A stretch of 64,000 nucleotides of DNA from Chlamydiales bacterium (GCA_041737255.1 JBGSSB010000092.1:12425-76424); one strand, 5' to 3'. Shown: positions 45,503-55,326, numbered from the stretch's first letter. The notes: generated by a model from the sequence alone, not told the origin. Program-made: numbers and translations.

Positions 45503-45799
45503 TTATTCTGTAAATTTTTTTTCAACGCAGTTCATTATGTTTCGAAGCGCTAATTCTTTTATTGAATAGTGCACTTTTCGCCCATCCCTTTGGCTCTGCA
45601 AAAATCCGCGATCTTTCATTAGCGATAGATGTTCTGAGGCAACGTGTCTTTGCAGGTTACAGTACTCAGCAATATCTCCAACAGACATAGAGGGGTGTTG
45701 GAGGAGGTAATAAATCATCTCTAGTCGACTGGGATGAGCAATTGTTTTTAGGCATTCTGCAGCTTGAACAAAATTAATATTGGTCATATCTTGCGTCAT
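45503..45799 (-). CDS. ArsR/SmtB-family transcriptional regulator
   Basis: 98 aa. IAHPSRLEMIYYLL plus HTH SVGDIAEYCNLQRHVASEHLSLM. Cysteines at positions 16, 47 and 91. Confidence 0.8.
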   Translation of the reverse strand: MTQDMTNINFVQAAECLKTIAHPSRLEMIYYLLQHPSMSVGDIAEYCNLQRHVASEHLSLMKDRGFLQSQRDGRKVHYSIKELALRNIMNCVEKKFTE

Positions 45800-45848
45800 G
45801 GTATTTGTGCATTATAGTTACATTGTCTACTGTTTATATCGTATAATC

Positions 45849-45860
45849 TCGATATATCGA
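45849..45860. promoter_or_regulatory. Perfect 12-bp palindrome in the arsR / large-ORF divergent promoter region (candidate operator)
   Basis: tcgatatatcga lies 50 nt upstream of the arsR start on the minus strand and is preceded by the related sequence tatatcgtataa. Confidence 0.3.
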
Positions 45861-45987
45861 TTAATTGTCAAGCTATAAACCGCTGTTAGAGGTCACGAGG
45901 CTTTCTTTTTTGAAGCGTTTTTGATTTTTATCTTGTTGTTCTGACTTTTCTTGTGTAAAAAAGAGAATTCATAAGGTATGGAGACAC

Positions 45988-48900
45988 ATGACCGACTGGG
46001 ATGCATTTACCGCTTTAGCCTCTTCGCTTGTTAGGAATTATTCAGATAGTAGCCTAAAGCGCTGCCTTATTTTCCTGGATTCCAGGATCTTAGATGAGCT
46101 TACATTAAAAGACCGTCTACTTATACGAACCGGCGTTACCTCTACTCAATTTGGAAGGGACCTATGCTTTGCTAAACTCTTTTCACAAATACTCAAGAGT
46201 AAGCCTAAGCTATTTTTAACTGCCCCAGAAAGTGCTAGAAAAGCCTATTTTGCACTTATTACGTTTCTGTTTTCTGCAAAGATAGCCGATACACTTACCC
46301 TTACAGAAGATGAGAAACCAGTTGAGCAGGCTGTCACAACTGAGTCTATATCGCCTGAAAAGAAGCAGGTCGTTTTTACCCAGAAAGCACAACCATTTGG
46401 TGATCTTCTAGCAAAACAAAACCAGAGTAGCTCTGATGAAGAAAGGGCAAAACTAGAAGTAGTGCTTGATGAAAGAGTGCAAAAGCTCTCTCTTTTGCGT
46501 GCTAAGCTGCAGAACGTTGTGCATCTTGCGCAAAATTTACCAAAAGAGCTGCCAACCTATATTCAGCCTGCAAAATATCCCGACAAGTGGCAAAAGTTTT
46601 TCGAGAGTATAGAGGTAATTCTAGCTGAGCAAAACAATGCGAGTGAAACTTTTGTAGATGGTGAAGCATTTCAGCGTTGGATTTCAGATAAAGAGGGGGG
46701 TGTACAGCGTGCTCTTGCGGCTATATCGAAAATTGCATGTTTGCAGGCGCTTGAGGGAGCTATTTGCGACTTTAGAAATAGTTCTACATCTTTGCCTAAG
46801 GCCCTTTCCCTCCTTCATGTTGAGGGGTTTTTGTCTGTGGTCGAAGAGAAAATTTTAGAGGGAGTTGAAGATCAACAAATTCGATTGAATATTCAACAGC
46901 AAAAAGAAAAAATTGCAGAAATTGCAGAGTTCCAAAAGCAAGAGGCAGAAAGTATAAAAGCAAAACAGGGGCATATACTGCAAAAATTATTTAGTGCCCA
47001 GCTGCTTGTTTATACGGATATCCCGAATGAAGTGCAGCGGCTGACAAGTGGCCATTTTGAAGCTGCGGCTATTGATAATGTTGTCCTTACTGATGACGTT
47101 GTTACTGAGTACAAGCAACAAATATTAGGATTTTATGAGAAGACTCTTTCTGGTTTAGAAAGTCTTGTAACTGCCGCAAAAGAGCGAGGAAGAAAAATTG
47201 ATGAAATGGCGCAGTATGCTAAAGTTTTTTTTGTAATAACTGAGCCAGCTAAACGATTTAAAGACCTGCAAGTGGACTACCTCGCACTGGAAAGTAAGGT
47301 GAAAAAATGTATTCTTAGAAACCAGGATGTTGTAAAAGGCTCCTATGCTGAAAACGAAGCAGCGTTGCAAAGCTGCTACGAAAGTTATTTAGACATAAAA
47401 GCAAACATGCCCCAAGAAATAGATGCCCTAATCCAAAAAGCCCAAGGAAGTGAGCAACGATCAGAAGATGATAAATCTGCTATTAAGCGCCGGTTGTTTG
47501 AGATTTTTTGGAATATTTCTCCATATTTAGATTTAATGGAAAGCTTTCAGGATATGCGCAGGATGTTGACCGATGAAATAAAAGAGGCTGAGCGTAAATT
47601 TTATTCTGGAGATCTTACCTCTGCTGAATTACTCGAAGTGTGTCAAGAGATGCCTTACGAACATGATGTAGTTAAACTTAGAAATGAAATCACTCATCGT
47701 TCAGCACGTCTAAAGGATCTTCGAGACGAGCTGCTGAGGCTTTTGCGCGAAGTACAAAAGACAAGGCGTTTTCTAGAAGTAGCTGAAGTTCGTAGTGAAA
47801 AAGTCTATAGCGACATGCTTTTGCATCAGGCATCTGTTTGCGCAATACTTGCCGATGTTGAAAACCCTTTTAAGGCCTTTTCAAAGGCAGAGACTAAGGA
47901 TGATATTAATTTAGTATTCCGAAACTTTTGGATTCGCATAGAAGATGTGCAACCCCAAGTTGAAAAAGCACAGGTCGAAGCTCTTCCAATCATTCAAAAA
48001 GCCTCAAGTGCTATTAAAGGCGTGTTTTTGAAGACGTTGGATTCTTTGGAAGAGGCTATAAGCTTGAAAAGTGGTTCGAGACCCCAACTGGTGCTCCAAA
48101 GAGAAAAAGAGCTAAATTTTATGCCTCAAGAGCAGCTCTTTAATGGGATAGTAAGTGCTATGCACAGTTTAGAAAAAAGCTATAGCTATGCTACCCCTTT
48201 TTCACTTTTTATGTTAGTTCAAGAGCATAAAGTACGTCTTAAGATGTTTCAAGAGGCAGCCATCCTTGATGCTCAGATAGATGAAACTATGGCTTTTGCA
48301 AAAGCTATGCAGTATGTGAAAACCTTCGAAGAAGAGCGTGTGGATATAATTCTTGAAGCGTTCGAAAGGCAGCATATTGTTGAAGAGGGGGCCAGATCGC
48401 TAGATTCATTGCAAAATGCTTGGGCGCTTTATTTGGAGCGCATGCATAGAGCCTCTCGTCTTGTTGAAGATGAAATTTTTCTAGATATTGGTTTGCTGGA
48501 TCGCCGTGCGTTAATGGATGTAGATCAAAATGAACTTAACAAGACCTTGCGTCTGGCAATTACTAGGGCTAATAAGCACATTTATGAGGCTCGCTATGGT
48601 ATTTTAGCCAACTTGCAGGGGATTGTTGCTAATGAGTCTTTGCGCAAAAAAACACTCGACACTGTAAAAAATGGGCTAGAAAAGTGGTCTAAAACAGTAG
48701 TAGACGAATCTAAAAGCACAGATTGGCTCCTAGAGCATCTCAGAAACTATTGCCACTTGCTTTTTGATGCAAAGCTTATTCAGGGATCAACAGCAAAAGT
48801 GCTTTTGCCTCGATGTCTTGATTTTATGAATCAACTTCGAAGCTTTGCTAATTATTTGGAAGAGGCCTTGCAGGCCAAGCGTACTAAACATATAGCCGAA

Positions 48901-49185
48901 TGGGGACGGCAGTGGATTCCAGAGTGTCACGCAATGCGCTGCGAAATTGAATGTTTTGAGCCAGAAGAAGAGAGTGCACAAGCGTTTAGCCCCTTATTGA
49001 AAAAAATTTATGGTATTGTTGATCAAATTCCTGAGCGTGCTGAGCTTGATCTTGAATCGTATAAAAAAGAGTTAGAAGCGGATCTTTTAGAAATTGATGC
49101 ACTTAAAAGTGATCCAAAAAAAGAGCAGCCATTTATCTATATTCCTGGATATCTAGCTTTTTTTGATGTGAGGGAACCCTCATGA
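45988..49185 (+). CDS. Large all-helical hypothetical protein
   Basis: 1065-aa uninterrupted ORF with no TM and no motif I recognise; coiled-coil-like composition. Its stop overlaps the sdhC start (ATGA at 49182-49185). Confidence 0.6.
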   Translation: MTDWDAFTALASSLVRNYSDSSLKRCLIFLDSRILDELTLKDRLLIRTGVTSTQFGRDLCFAKLFSQILKSKPKLFLTAPESARKAYFALITFLFSAKIADTLTLTEDEKPVEQAVTTESISPEKKQVVFTQKAQPFGDLLAKQNQSSSDEERAKLEVVLDERVQKLSLLRAKLQNVVHLAQNLPKELPTYIQPAKYPDKWQKFFESIEVILAEQNNASETFVDGEAFQRWISDKEGGVQRALAAISKIACLQALEGAICDFRNSSTSLPKALSLLHVEGFLSVVEEKILEGVEDQQIRLNIQQQKEKIAEIAEFQKQEAESIKAKQGHILQKLFSAQLLVYTDIPNEVQRLTSGHFEAAAIDNVVLTDDVVTEYKQQILGFYEKTLSGLESLVTAAKERGRKIDEMAQYAKVFFVITEPAKRFKDLQVDYLALESKVKKCILRNQDVVKGSYAENEAALQSCYESYLDIKANMPQEIDALIQKAQGSEQRSEDDKSAIKRRLFEIFWNISPYLDLMESFQDMRRMLTDEIKEAERKFYSGDLTSAELLEVCQEMPYEHDVVKLRNEITHRSARLKDLRDELLRLLREVQKTRRFLEVAEVRSEKVYSDMLLHQASVCAILADVENPFKAFSKAETKDDINLVFRNFWIRIEDVQPQVEKAQVEALPIIQKASSAIKGVFLKTLDSLEEAISLKSGSRPQLVLQREKELNFMPQEQLFNGIVSAMHSLEKSYSYATPFSLFMLVQEHKVRLKMFQEAAILDAQIDETMAFAKAMQYVKTFEEERVDIILEAFERQHIVEEGARSLDSLQNAWALYLERMHRASRLVEDEIFLDIGLLDRRALMDVDQNELNKTLRLAITRANKHIYEARYGILANLQGIVANESLRKKTLDTVKNGLEKWSKTVVDESKSTDWLLEHLRNYCHLLFDAKLIQGSTAKVLLPRCLDFMNQLRSFANYLEEALQAKRTKHIAEWGRQWIPECHAMRCEIECFEPEEESAQAFSPLLKKIYGIVDQIPERAELDLESYKKELEADLLEIDALKSDPKKEQPFIYIPGYLAFFDVREPS

Positions 49186-50180
49186 AAGTCGACGGTAAAG
49201 TTCGCTCACTTCTTTTCTGTCACGCAAAAGAATTTTTAACAAGACGCATTCATTCACTTGCAGGCCTCGCCTTTTTACTCTTCTTGTGTGAACATTTATT
49301 TACCAATTCTCAAGCAACGCTATTTTTGGGTGATGATGGTAAGGGGTTTGTAGAAGCTGTAAACTGGATTCACTCCTTACCCTATCTTCAGGTGATAGAG
49401 CTTACTTTTATTGCGCTTCCTTTAGCTATACACGTTTGGTGGGGGATAGAGCGTATGCTTATGGCCAAACTAAATGCAAATCCAAGTGACGGTGCCTCCT
49501 CATCCTTGCCCTATACTCGAAATATTGCATATACGTGGCAGAGAATAACCTCGGTTATTCTCATCTTTGCAATTGGCTTACATGTATATTATATGAGGTT
49601 TGCATCCTATCCTGATAGTGTGGACTATGGTGTCACAAGCGAGTACTTCATAAAAATTGGCGTTGACCCTGGGCTTTATACGTTAGCGCCTAGGCTTAAT
49701 CTCATGCTGTTTGATAAAAGTATGATTGCCAGTGCAGAGGCTGAGCTTGCCCCTAAAACCCTTCCGGTAGTAAGTGAATCTCTTTTTGCAAAACCAGAAT
49801 ACAATGCCGAGTTGGCAGAAATGACAAAAAATGAAGAACGTGTTGCTCTTGAGAGGCAATTTGTCGACGTAATGAAGCGGCTAAATCCAGACGCAAATGA
49901 AGTAGTTGCTGTGTGCGATTCATTTGGAATGGCATCGCTTATGATGCTGCGAGATACATTTAAGTCAGTTTGGCTTTGCATCCTCTACTCGCTTTTTGTT
50001 GTTATTGCCTGCTTTCATGGCTGTAATGGCCTGTGGACCTTTGCTATTACTTGGGGAGTGTCGCTTTCTGAAAGGTCGAGAGTAGTCTTAAGAGTCGCTT
50101 CAAACCTTTTAATGGGGCTTTTGATATTCTTTGGGCTTGCCGCAGTTTGGGGCGTCTACTGGATAAATTTACGGTATTGA
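49182..50180 (+). CDS. sdhC: Succinate dehydrogenase cytochrome b558 subunit (B. subtilis type) with a loop insertion
   Basis: Aligns by eye with B. subtilis SdhC at RRIHSLAGLAFLLFLCEHL, IHSLPYLQVIELTFIALPLAIHVWWG, WQRITSVILIFAIGLHV and FHGCNGLWTFAITWG. There are about 100 extra residues between helices III and IV. Confidence 0.8.
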   Translation: MKVDGKVRSLLFCHAKEFLTRRIHSLAGLAFLLFLCEHLFTNSQATLFLGDDGKGFVEAVNWIHSLPYLQVIELTFIALPLAIHVWWGIERMLMAKLNANPSDGASSSLPYTRNIAYTWQRITSVILIFAIGLHVYYMRFASYPDSVDYGVTSEYFIKIGVDPGLYTLAPRLNLMLFDKSMIASAEAELAPKTLPVVSESLFAKPEYNAELAEMTKNEERVALERQFVDVMKRLNPDANEVVAVCDSFGMASLMMLRDTFKSVWLCILYSLFVVIACFHGCNGLWTFAITWGVSLSERSRVVLRVASNLLMGLLIFFGLAAVWGVYWINLRY

Positions 50181-50181
50181 A

Positions 50182-52065
50182 ATGAAAAAAAAAGAAGTAA
50201 TAGTTGTTGGTGGTGGGTTAGCAGGGCTTTCTACTGCTATGCGCCTGGCAGAGGTTGGCATACATGTAAAGCTAATCAGCATCACAAAGGTAAAGCGTTC
50301 GCACTCAGTATGTGCCCAAGGTGGTATTAATGCGGCCTTAAATTTAAAAAACGAAGGTGACTCACCACTGATCCATGCTTATGAAACCTTAAAAGGCGGA
50401 GATTTTTTAGCCAATCAACCACCAGTAGTTGAGATGTGCCTTGCAGCTCCAGGTATAATACGCATGATGGATCGTTTGGGGTGCCCTTTTAACAGAACGG
50501 CAGAGGGGAATATTGACGTTCGTCGCTTTGGGGGGTCTCTCTTTCATCGAACAGTGTTTTGCGGAGCATCAACAGGACAGCAGCTTTTATATACACTTGA
50601 TGAACAGGTAAGGCGCCATGAAGTTGCAGGGCTTATTGAGAAATTTGAAAATCATGAGTTTATGCGCCTTTGTTTAGATGAGCAAGGCAGGGCTTGCGGC
50701 ATTGTGATGATGGATCACTTTAACATGAAGCTGGAGGTTGTTAAGGCTGATGCTGTTGTTGTTGCAACAGGGGGCCTTGGTGTGTTATTTCGTAAGTCTA
50801 CAAATTCAATCTTTTGTACAGGGGCAGCAAATGGCCGACTCTATCTTCAGGGCATGCAGTATGCCAATGGGGAGTTTATCCAGATTCATCCTACGGCTAT
50901 CGTAGGCGAGGATAAGATGCGGCTTATGTCTGAGTCTAGTCGCGGTGAGGGTGGAAGACTTTGGGTGTATGGCAACTCCGATAAAGAGTATGTGTCCCAA
51001 GACGGAAGAAGAGTTTCAGCAGGAGTAACAGGCAAGCCTTGGTACTTTTTAGAGGAACTTTATCCTATCTATGGGAATTTGGTGACTCGAGATATCGCTT
51101 CAAGAGAAATTTTACGCGTCTGTGAGCAGGGCTTTGGTGTAAATGGTGAGTCTCAGGTCTATCTTGATGTGTCGCATCTGTCAGCAGAAAAACTTAAAAA
51201 ATTGCAGGCAATCTTAGATACCTACCAAAAGTTTACAGGCGATGATCCTAGTAAAGTTGCTATGAAGATTTTCCCTGCTGTCCACTATTCTATGGGCGGC
51301 GCCTGGGTCGACTGGCCAGCGGTTGATGATCCGCAACGCCTTTCTCGTTATAGACAGATGACAAATCTTGCAGGCTGTTTTAACTGCGGTGAGTCTGATT
51401 ATCTGTATCATGGAGCTAATCGACTTGGTGCCAACTCGCTACTTTCCTGCATCTTTGGAGGCCTTGTCACAGCTCATGAGGTAGACAGGTTTATAGATAA
51501 TAATGCCCTGCCACAAGAGGTTCCAGACTCACTATTTTCTAAGGCTTTGCAGCAAGAAGAGGCCAAGCGAGCAGAAATCTTTAGCCGCAAAGGTCCTGAG
51601 AATAGCTATAAGCTGTATGATGAGCTTGCTGAGTGGATGGTAAAGTACGTTACCGTTACCAGAAATAACGAAGATCTAGCAAGAACCCTAGTAAAAATAA
51701 AGGAGCTTCGGGAGCGCCATAAAAACATTACCCTTGGAGATGAGGGGCGCTTTGCAAACCAAAGTTATATTTTTGCAAACCAGTTTGAGCCTATGTTAGA
51801 GATAGCTCATGTCATTACAAAATGTGCGCTCCTTAGAAATGAAAGCCGCGGCTCTCATGCCAAAGAGGGTTTTGCAAAGCGCGATGACAAAGAATGGCTA
51901 AAAACTTCTATTGCAACATGGAATCCAGCTACACAAGAGCCCGATGTAACCTATGCTTCAGTAGATACTAGATATGTTGAGCCTGTGTTGCGGGATTACT
52001 CAACACTTCCAAAAGCAGTTCCACATTTTGAAAACCTTCCACAAGAGATACCGTTGCCAGTATGA
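50182..52065 (+). CDS. sdhA: Succinate dehydrogenase flavoprotein subunit
   Basis: VVGGGLAGLS FAD-binding motif, RSHSVCAQGGINAA covalent-FAD His context, and active-site HPTA and RGSH. Confidence 0.9.
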   Translation: MKKKEVIVVGGGLAGLSTAMRLAEVGIHVKLISITKVKRSHSVCAQGGINAALNLKNEGDSPLIHAYETLKGGDFLANQPPVVEMCLAAPGIIRMMDRLGCPFNRTAEGNIDVRRFGGSLFHRTVFCGASTGQQLLYTLDEQVRRHEVAGLIEKFENHEFMRLCLDEQGRACGIVMMDHFNMKLEVVKADAVVVATGGLGVLFRKSTNSIFCTGAANGRLYLQGMQYANGEFIQIHPTAIVGEDKMRLMSESSRGEGGRLWVYGNSDKEYVSQDGRRVSAGVTGKPWYFLEELYPIYGNLVTRDIASREILRVCEQGFGVNGESQVYLDVSHLSAEKLKKLQAILDTYQKFTGDDPSKVAMKIFPAVHYSMGGAWVDWPAVDDPQRLSRYRQMTNLAGCFNCGESDYLYHGANRLGANSLLSCIFGGLVTAHEVDRFIDNNALPQEVPDSLFSKALQQEEAKRAEIFSRKGPENSYKLYDELAEWMVKYVTVTRNNEDLARTLVKIKELRERHKNITLGDEGRFANQSYIFANQFEPMLEIAHVITKCALLRNESRGSHAKEGFAKRDDKEWLKTSIATWNPATQEPDVTYASVDTRYVEPVLRDYSTLPKAVPHFENLPQEIPLPV

Positions 52066-52832
52066 CAAGCACCTATATCTTGCGCATTTATCGAGGCAGC
52101 CCAGCAAAGCAGTACTGGGAAGAGTTTGAGCTAGAAAAAAAGCCTCATTCAAACATCATCTCTGGCCTCATGGAAATTCAGAGAAATCCTGTGAATCGAC
52201 AAGGGCAAACTGTTGCGCCTGTTGCCTATGAATCGGGATGTCTGGAAGAAGTGTGCGGCTCTTGTTCTATGCTTATAAATGGCAAGCCAAGGCAAGCCTG
52301 TACAGCGCTTATTGATGCTTTGATAGAGCAGGGTAAGTCAAATGTGATAACACTTGCTCCTTTTACGAAGTTTCCTCTTGTCCGAGATCTTGTTGTCGAT
52401 AGAAATTCAATGTTTGATAACTTAAAAAAAGTTGCAGCTTGGGTAGAGGCCGATGGTTCGCACGATGCTGGTTTTGGCCCCAAAATTCGCCAGGATAAAC
52501 AAGAGGTTATGTACCAGTTTTCTCAGTGTATGACCTGTGGCTGCTGTGTAGAGGCTTGTCCTCAGGTAAACAGCGATTCAGCTTTTATGGGGCCGGCAGT
52601 TATTGGCCAGGTGCGCCTTTTTAACTTGCACCCAATAGCTGGCATGCAAAAGGCAAAGAGACTCGAGACGATGATGAGCCCTGGAGGTATATCGGGCTGT
52701 GGTAATGCACAAAACTGTGTAAGAGTCTGTCCAAAAAATATTCCCCTTACCGATGCCATTGCTGCAGTGGGGCGTGATAGTACCCTCAAAGCAATAAAAG
52801 ATCTTTTTAGCCTTCCTGAGCAAGAGTCGTGA
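52062..52832 (+). CDS. sdhB: Succinate dehydrogenase iron-sulfur subunit
   Basis: Cys clusters CLEEVCGSCSMLINGKPRQAC, CMTCGCCVEACP and CGNAQNCVRVCP. Confidence 0.9.
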   Translation: MTSTYILRIYRGSPAKQYWEEFELEKKPHSNIISGLMEIQRNPVNRQGQTVAPVAYESGCLEEVCGSCSMLINGKPRQACTALIDALIEQGKSNVITLAPFTKFPLVRDLVVDRNSMFDNLKKVAAWVEADGSHDAGFGPKIRQDKQEVMYQFSQCMTCGCCVEACPQVNSDSAFMGPAVIGQVRLFNLHPIAGMQKAKRLETMMSPGGISGCGNAQNCVRVCPKNIPLTDAIAAVGRDSTLKAIKDLFSLPEQES

Positions 52833-54238
52833 AGCAGCTGTTTTTTTGGATCCTTCTTTCAAAGTGCCTTGTCTTAGCTATTATCCTCTTTGCTGGCATT
52901 GGACTTATGCCCGATGAGGCGCAGTACTGGACGTGGGCTAAAGAGCTGTCTTATGGCTATTACAGTAAGCCTCCAGCAATAGCTTGGCAGATTGCAGCAG
53001 GCTGCTATTTTTTTGGTGATACAGAGCTTGGGGTTCGCGCTGGAAGTCTTCTACTTTCCTTTTTTCTTTCTTATGCTATCTACTGGCTGGCAAAATCATC
53101 TGGGCTTGATCATAATAAAAGCTTTTGGGCTACGATCTGTTTTACTTATTGTCCGTTAGGAATTTTTTCTGGTTTTTTTGCAACGACAGACTGTGCATAT
53201 GTCCTTTTTTGGACCCTTGCGGCCAGCCTTGTTGCAAAAGATCTTAAAGAATCCCGCAGGCTGTCCTATGGTCCTTTAGGCCTCGTTATTGCCCTAGGAG
53301 CACTCTGGAAGTGGCCTATCTATGTGATATGGGTGCCAATAGCACTCTTTTTTTATAAAGAGCCTCGTAGGCTTGTTTTGGGGTTGTTTATTTCTCTTTT
53401 AGGGCTAGTGCCTAGCCTTATTTGGAACTTGCAAACAGGCTTTGTTACCTTTCAGCATGTCTTAGCTAGCATTGATAATCCTGCAAGCACTCGCAATCCC
53501 TTAGAGTTTCTGGGTGCTCAGGCGGCTCTTGTTTCACCGCTTCTTTTTGTTCTTGTGGTCATTGGGATGTGTCGGTTTCGCTGGAAACAAAAACCGCTTT
53601 TATTTTGCTGGGTAACAACTCTTCTCTTTTTTGGAGGAGTGTTTTTAGCCTCTTGCTTTGAAAAAGTACAAGGTAACTGGGCAGTGGCTGCATATCCTAC
53701 AGCATTTATCATTATGGCTTTTTATGCCTCCAAGCGGTGGATGGTGGCGGGTGTTGCTGTGTCTGTAGCTATCATTGCAACACTTATATTTTTGCCTATA
53801 CCCTATAAAAATAACCCCTTTAAGGCAGGGCTGGGCTCAGAAAATATAGCACGAGCTCTTGAGCAATCAGGGTATTCTCCGGAAAATGAGTTTCTTTTTT
53901 CAGATCGATATCAGGCGACAAGCCTTCTTTCTTTTTATGGCCCTGATCAGAAAAGAGCCTATTTTTTTAATATCCACGGGCTTCGGCATAATCAGTTTGA
54001 TTTTTGGCCACAGATGGCAGATGAGTGTCAAAATATGACGGGCTATTTTGTGGAATTTGATTCTCTCTACGAGGCCCCTTGGAGCTCTGAGCGCTTTAAA
54101 CAAAAGCTGGCGCCTTATTTTGATGAAATCACAGTTTTGCCTTTTCAGCCACTGTATGGAGATGATCAAAAAGTGGCGGTTATTTTACGAGCCTCGGGCT
54201 ATAACGGTAAAATCCCTCGGGCAGTAAATAAGTATTAA
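52829..54238 (+). CDS. Glycosyltransferase family 39 (ArnT/PMT-like) membrane protein
   Basis: GTG start overlapping the sdhB stop (GTGA). Polytopic membrane protein with a first-loop motif, PDEAQYWTWAKELSYGYYSKPP. Confidence 0.65.
   Translation: MKQLFFWILLSKCLVLAIILFAGIGLMPDEAQYWTWAKELSYGYYSKPPAIAWQIAAGCYFFGDTELGVRAGSLLLSFFLSYAIYWLAKSSGLDHNKSFWATICFTYCPLGIFSGFFATTDCAYVLFWTLAASLVAKDLKESRRLSYGPLGLVIALGALWKWPIYVIWVPIALFFYKEPRRLVLGLFISLLGLVPSLIWNLQTGFVTFQHVLASIDNPASTRNPLEFLGAQAALVSPLLFVLVVIGMCRFRWKQKPLLFCWVTTLLFFGGVFLASCFEKVQGNWAVAAYPTAFIIMAFYASKRWMVAGVAVSVAIIATLIFLPIPYKNNPFKAGLGSENIARALEQSGYSPENEFLFSDRYQATSLLSFYGPDQKRAYFFNIHGLRHNQFDFWPQMADECQNMTGYFVEFDSLYEAPWSSERFKQKLAPYFDEITVLPFQPLYGDDQKVAVILRASGYNGKIPRAVNKY
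54191..54238. repeat. Direct repeat copy 1 (the functional 3' end of the GT39 gene)
   Basis: 43/48 identical to 55342-55389, and both copies end in a stop codon. Confidence 0.85.
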
Positions 54239-54313
54239 CAACAGGGGTGGAGAGGAGATTCTCTTAGAGAGAAGGCAAAATGTTGATTTTTTAGTAAGAT
54301 AGTGTGGAAGATT

Positions 54314-54373
54314 AGCGCCACACTAGATTTTCTATATCTTTGGATAAGAGAAAGCTCGTGTGGCGCTTTTTTA
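54314..54373 (+). terminator. Candidate intrinsic terminator after the GT39 gene
   Basis: agcgccacac (54314-54323) pairs perfectly with gtgtggcgct (54358-54367) and is followed by TTTTTT. The 34-nt loop weakens the call. Confidence 0.35.
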
Positions 54374-54377
54374 TTTT

Positions 54378-55085
54378 TTAGCTTGATGTTTCTTTGGCAA
54401 ATACTTGACCTCTGATAAGGCCATGACCATATTTTACACCATTTGGGTTACAGCCTGTGCTGCCATGAACATTAATATATATTTCGCCACGTCGTACGCC
54501 ATCTAAAAGCGAAGCTATTGAGTTGTAGCTGTTGCCATCGGGAGAGACGTGTGGCATAATATTGCTGTTAATAATCACGCCCTCTTTGAACAAGCCATTT
54601 GACTCTAGGCCACAACCGTCGATTGGTGCGCCAATATATAAGTCAGTTACGTGAGGACCATTCTGTGATGCACGACCTGCATGTATATGAACTTGAGTGA
54701 TCAATTCATTCTTGTTTTGAGGAGCAACAAGACCATACACAAATAATCGATATGTTACGTGTGATAAATCTTCTGCAAAGCAAAGTTGTAGTTTACCGTG
54801 AACACCGTTTCCGCTTCCTTTAGGAGCATCAGATGCTGGACGGGGAACAAGAACATCCATTTCAGTTTCACCTTCCATATCATGTCCCATACCACCACCT
54901 TGGTGCTCTTCGGTAACCATTAAAAGTTGTTCAAATGATAAATCTGCTTCGAATGCAAGATTTGGCGTTGTGTACTTGTGTTTACAGCACTTATTTTTTT
55001 TGTGATCGTTATTTTTCGCACTTGCTTGTGATGATAGACTACTTAGGAGGAGCACGCTTAGTAGTAGTTTGAGCATGTTTTTCAT
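54378..55085 (-). CDS. Secreted CHRD-domain protein
   Basis: 235 aa with a signal peptide. CHRD-type motifs VHIHAGRASQNGPHV and IYINVHGSTGCNPNGVKYGHGLIRGQV. Confidence 0.6.
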   Translation of the reverse strand: MKNMLKLLLSVLLLSSLSSQASAKNNDHKKNKCCKHKYTTPNLAFEADLSFEQLLMVTEEHQGGGMGHDMEGETEMDVLVPRPASDAPKGSGNGVHGKLQLCFAEDLSHVTYRLFVYGLVAPQNKNELITQVHIHAGRASQNGPHVTDLYIGAPIDGCGLESNGLFKEGVIINSNIMPHVSPDGNSYNSIASLLDGVRRGEIYINVHGSTGCNPNGVKYGHGLIRGQVFAKETSS

Positions 55086-55326
55086 GATTCATAATTCCTT
55101 GGTGAAAATGATTTATAGGGTTCTTGGTTTAAGGTAGCCATTATATTTGATACCTATTTCATCTAATAGCTACAGTGCTGTGGTTTTACGTGAAGATCCG
55201 CAGCTTTGGTAACCCTATAATGTAATGAACTTTTCATGCAATCACATTTCACATAGAGACTTTTTTGTTTTCCGTATCGAGAGTTTGAAATAAAAGCTGA
55301 TGCTTTAAGAGCGAGACATGCGATTA

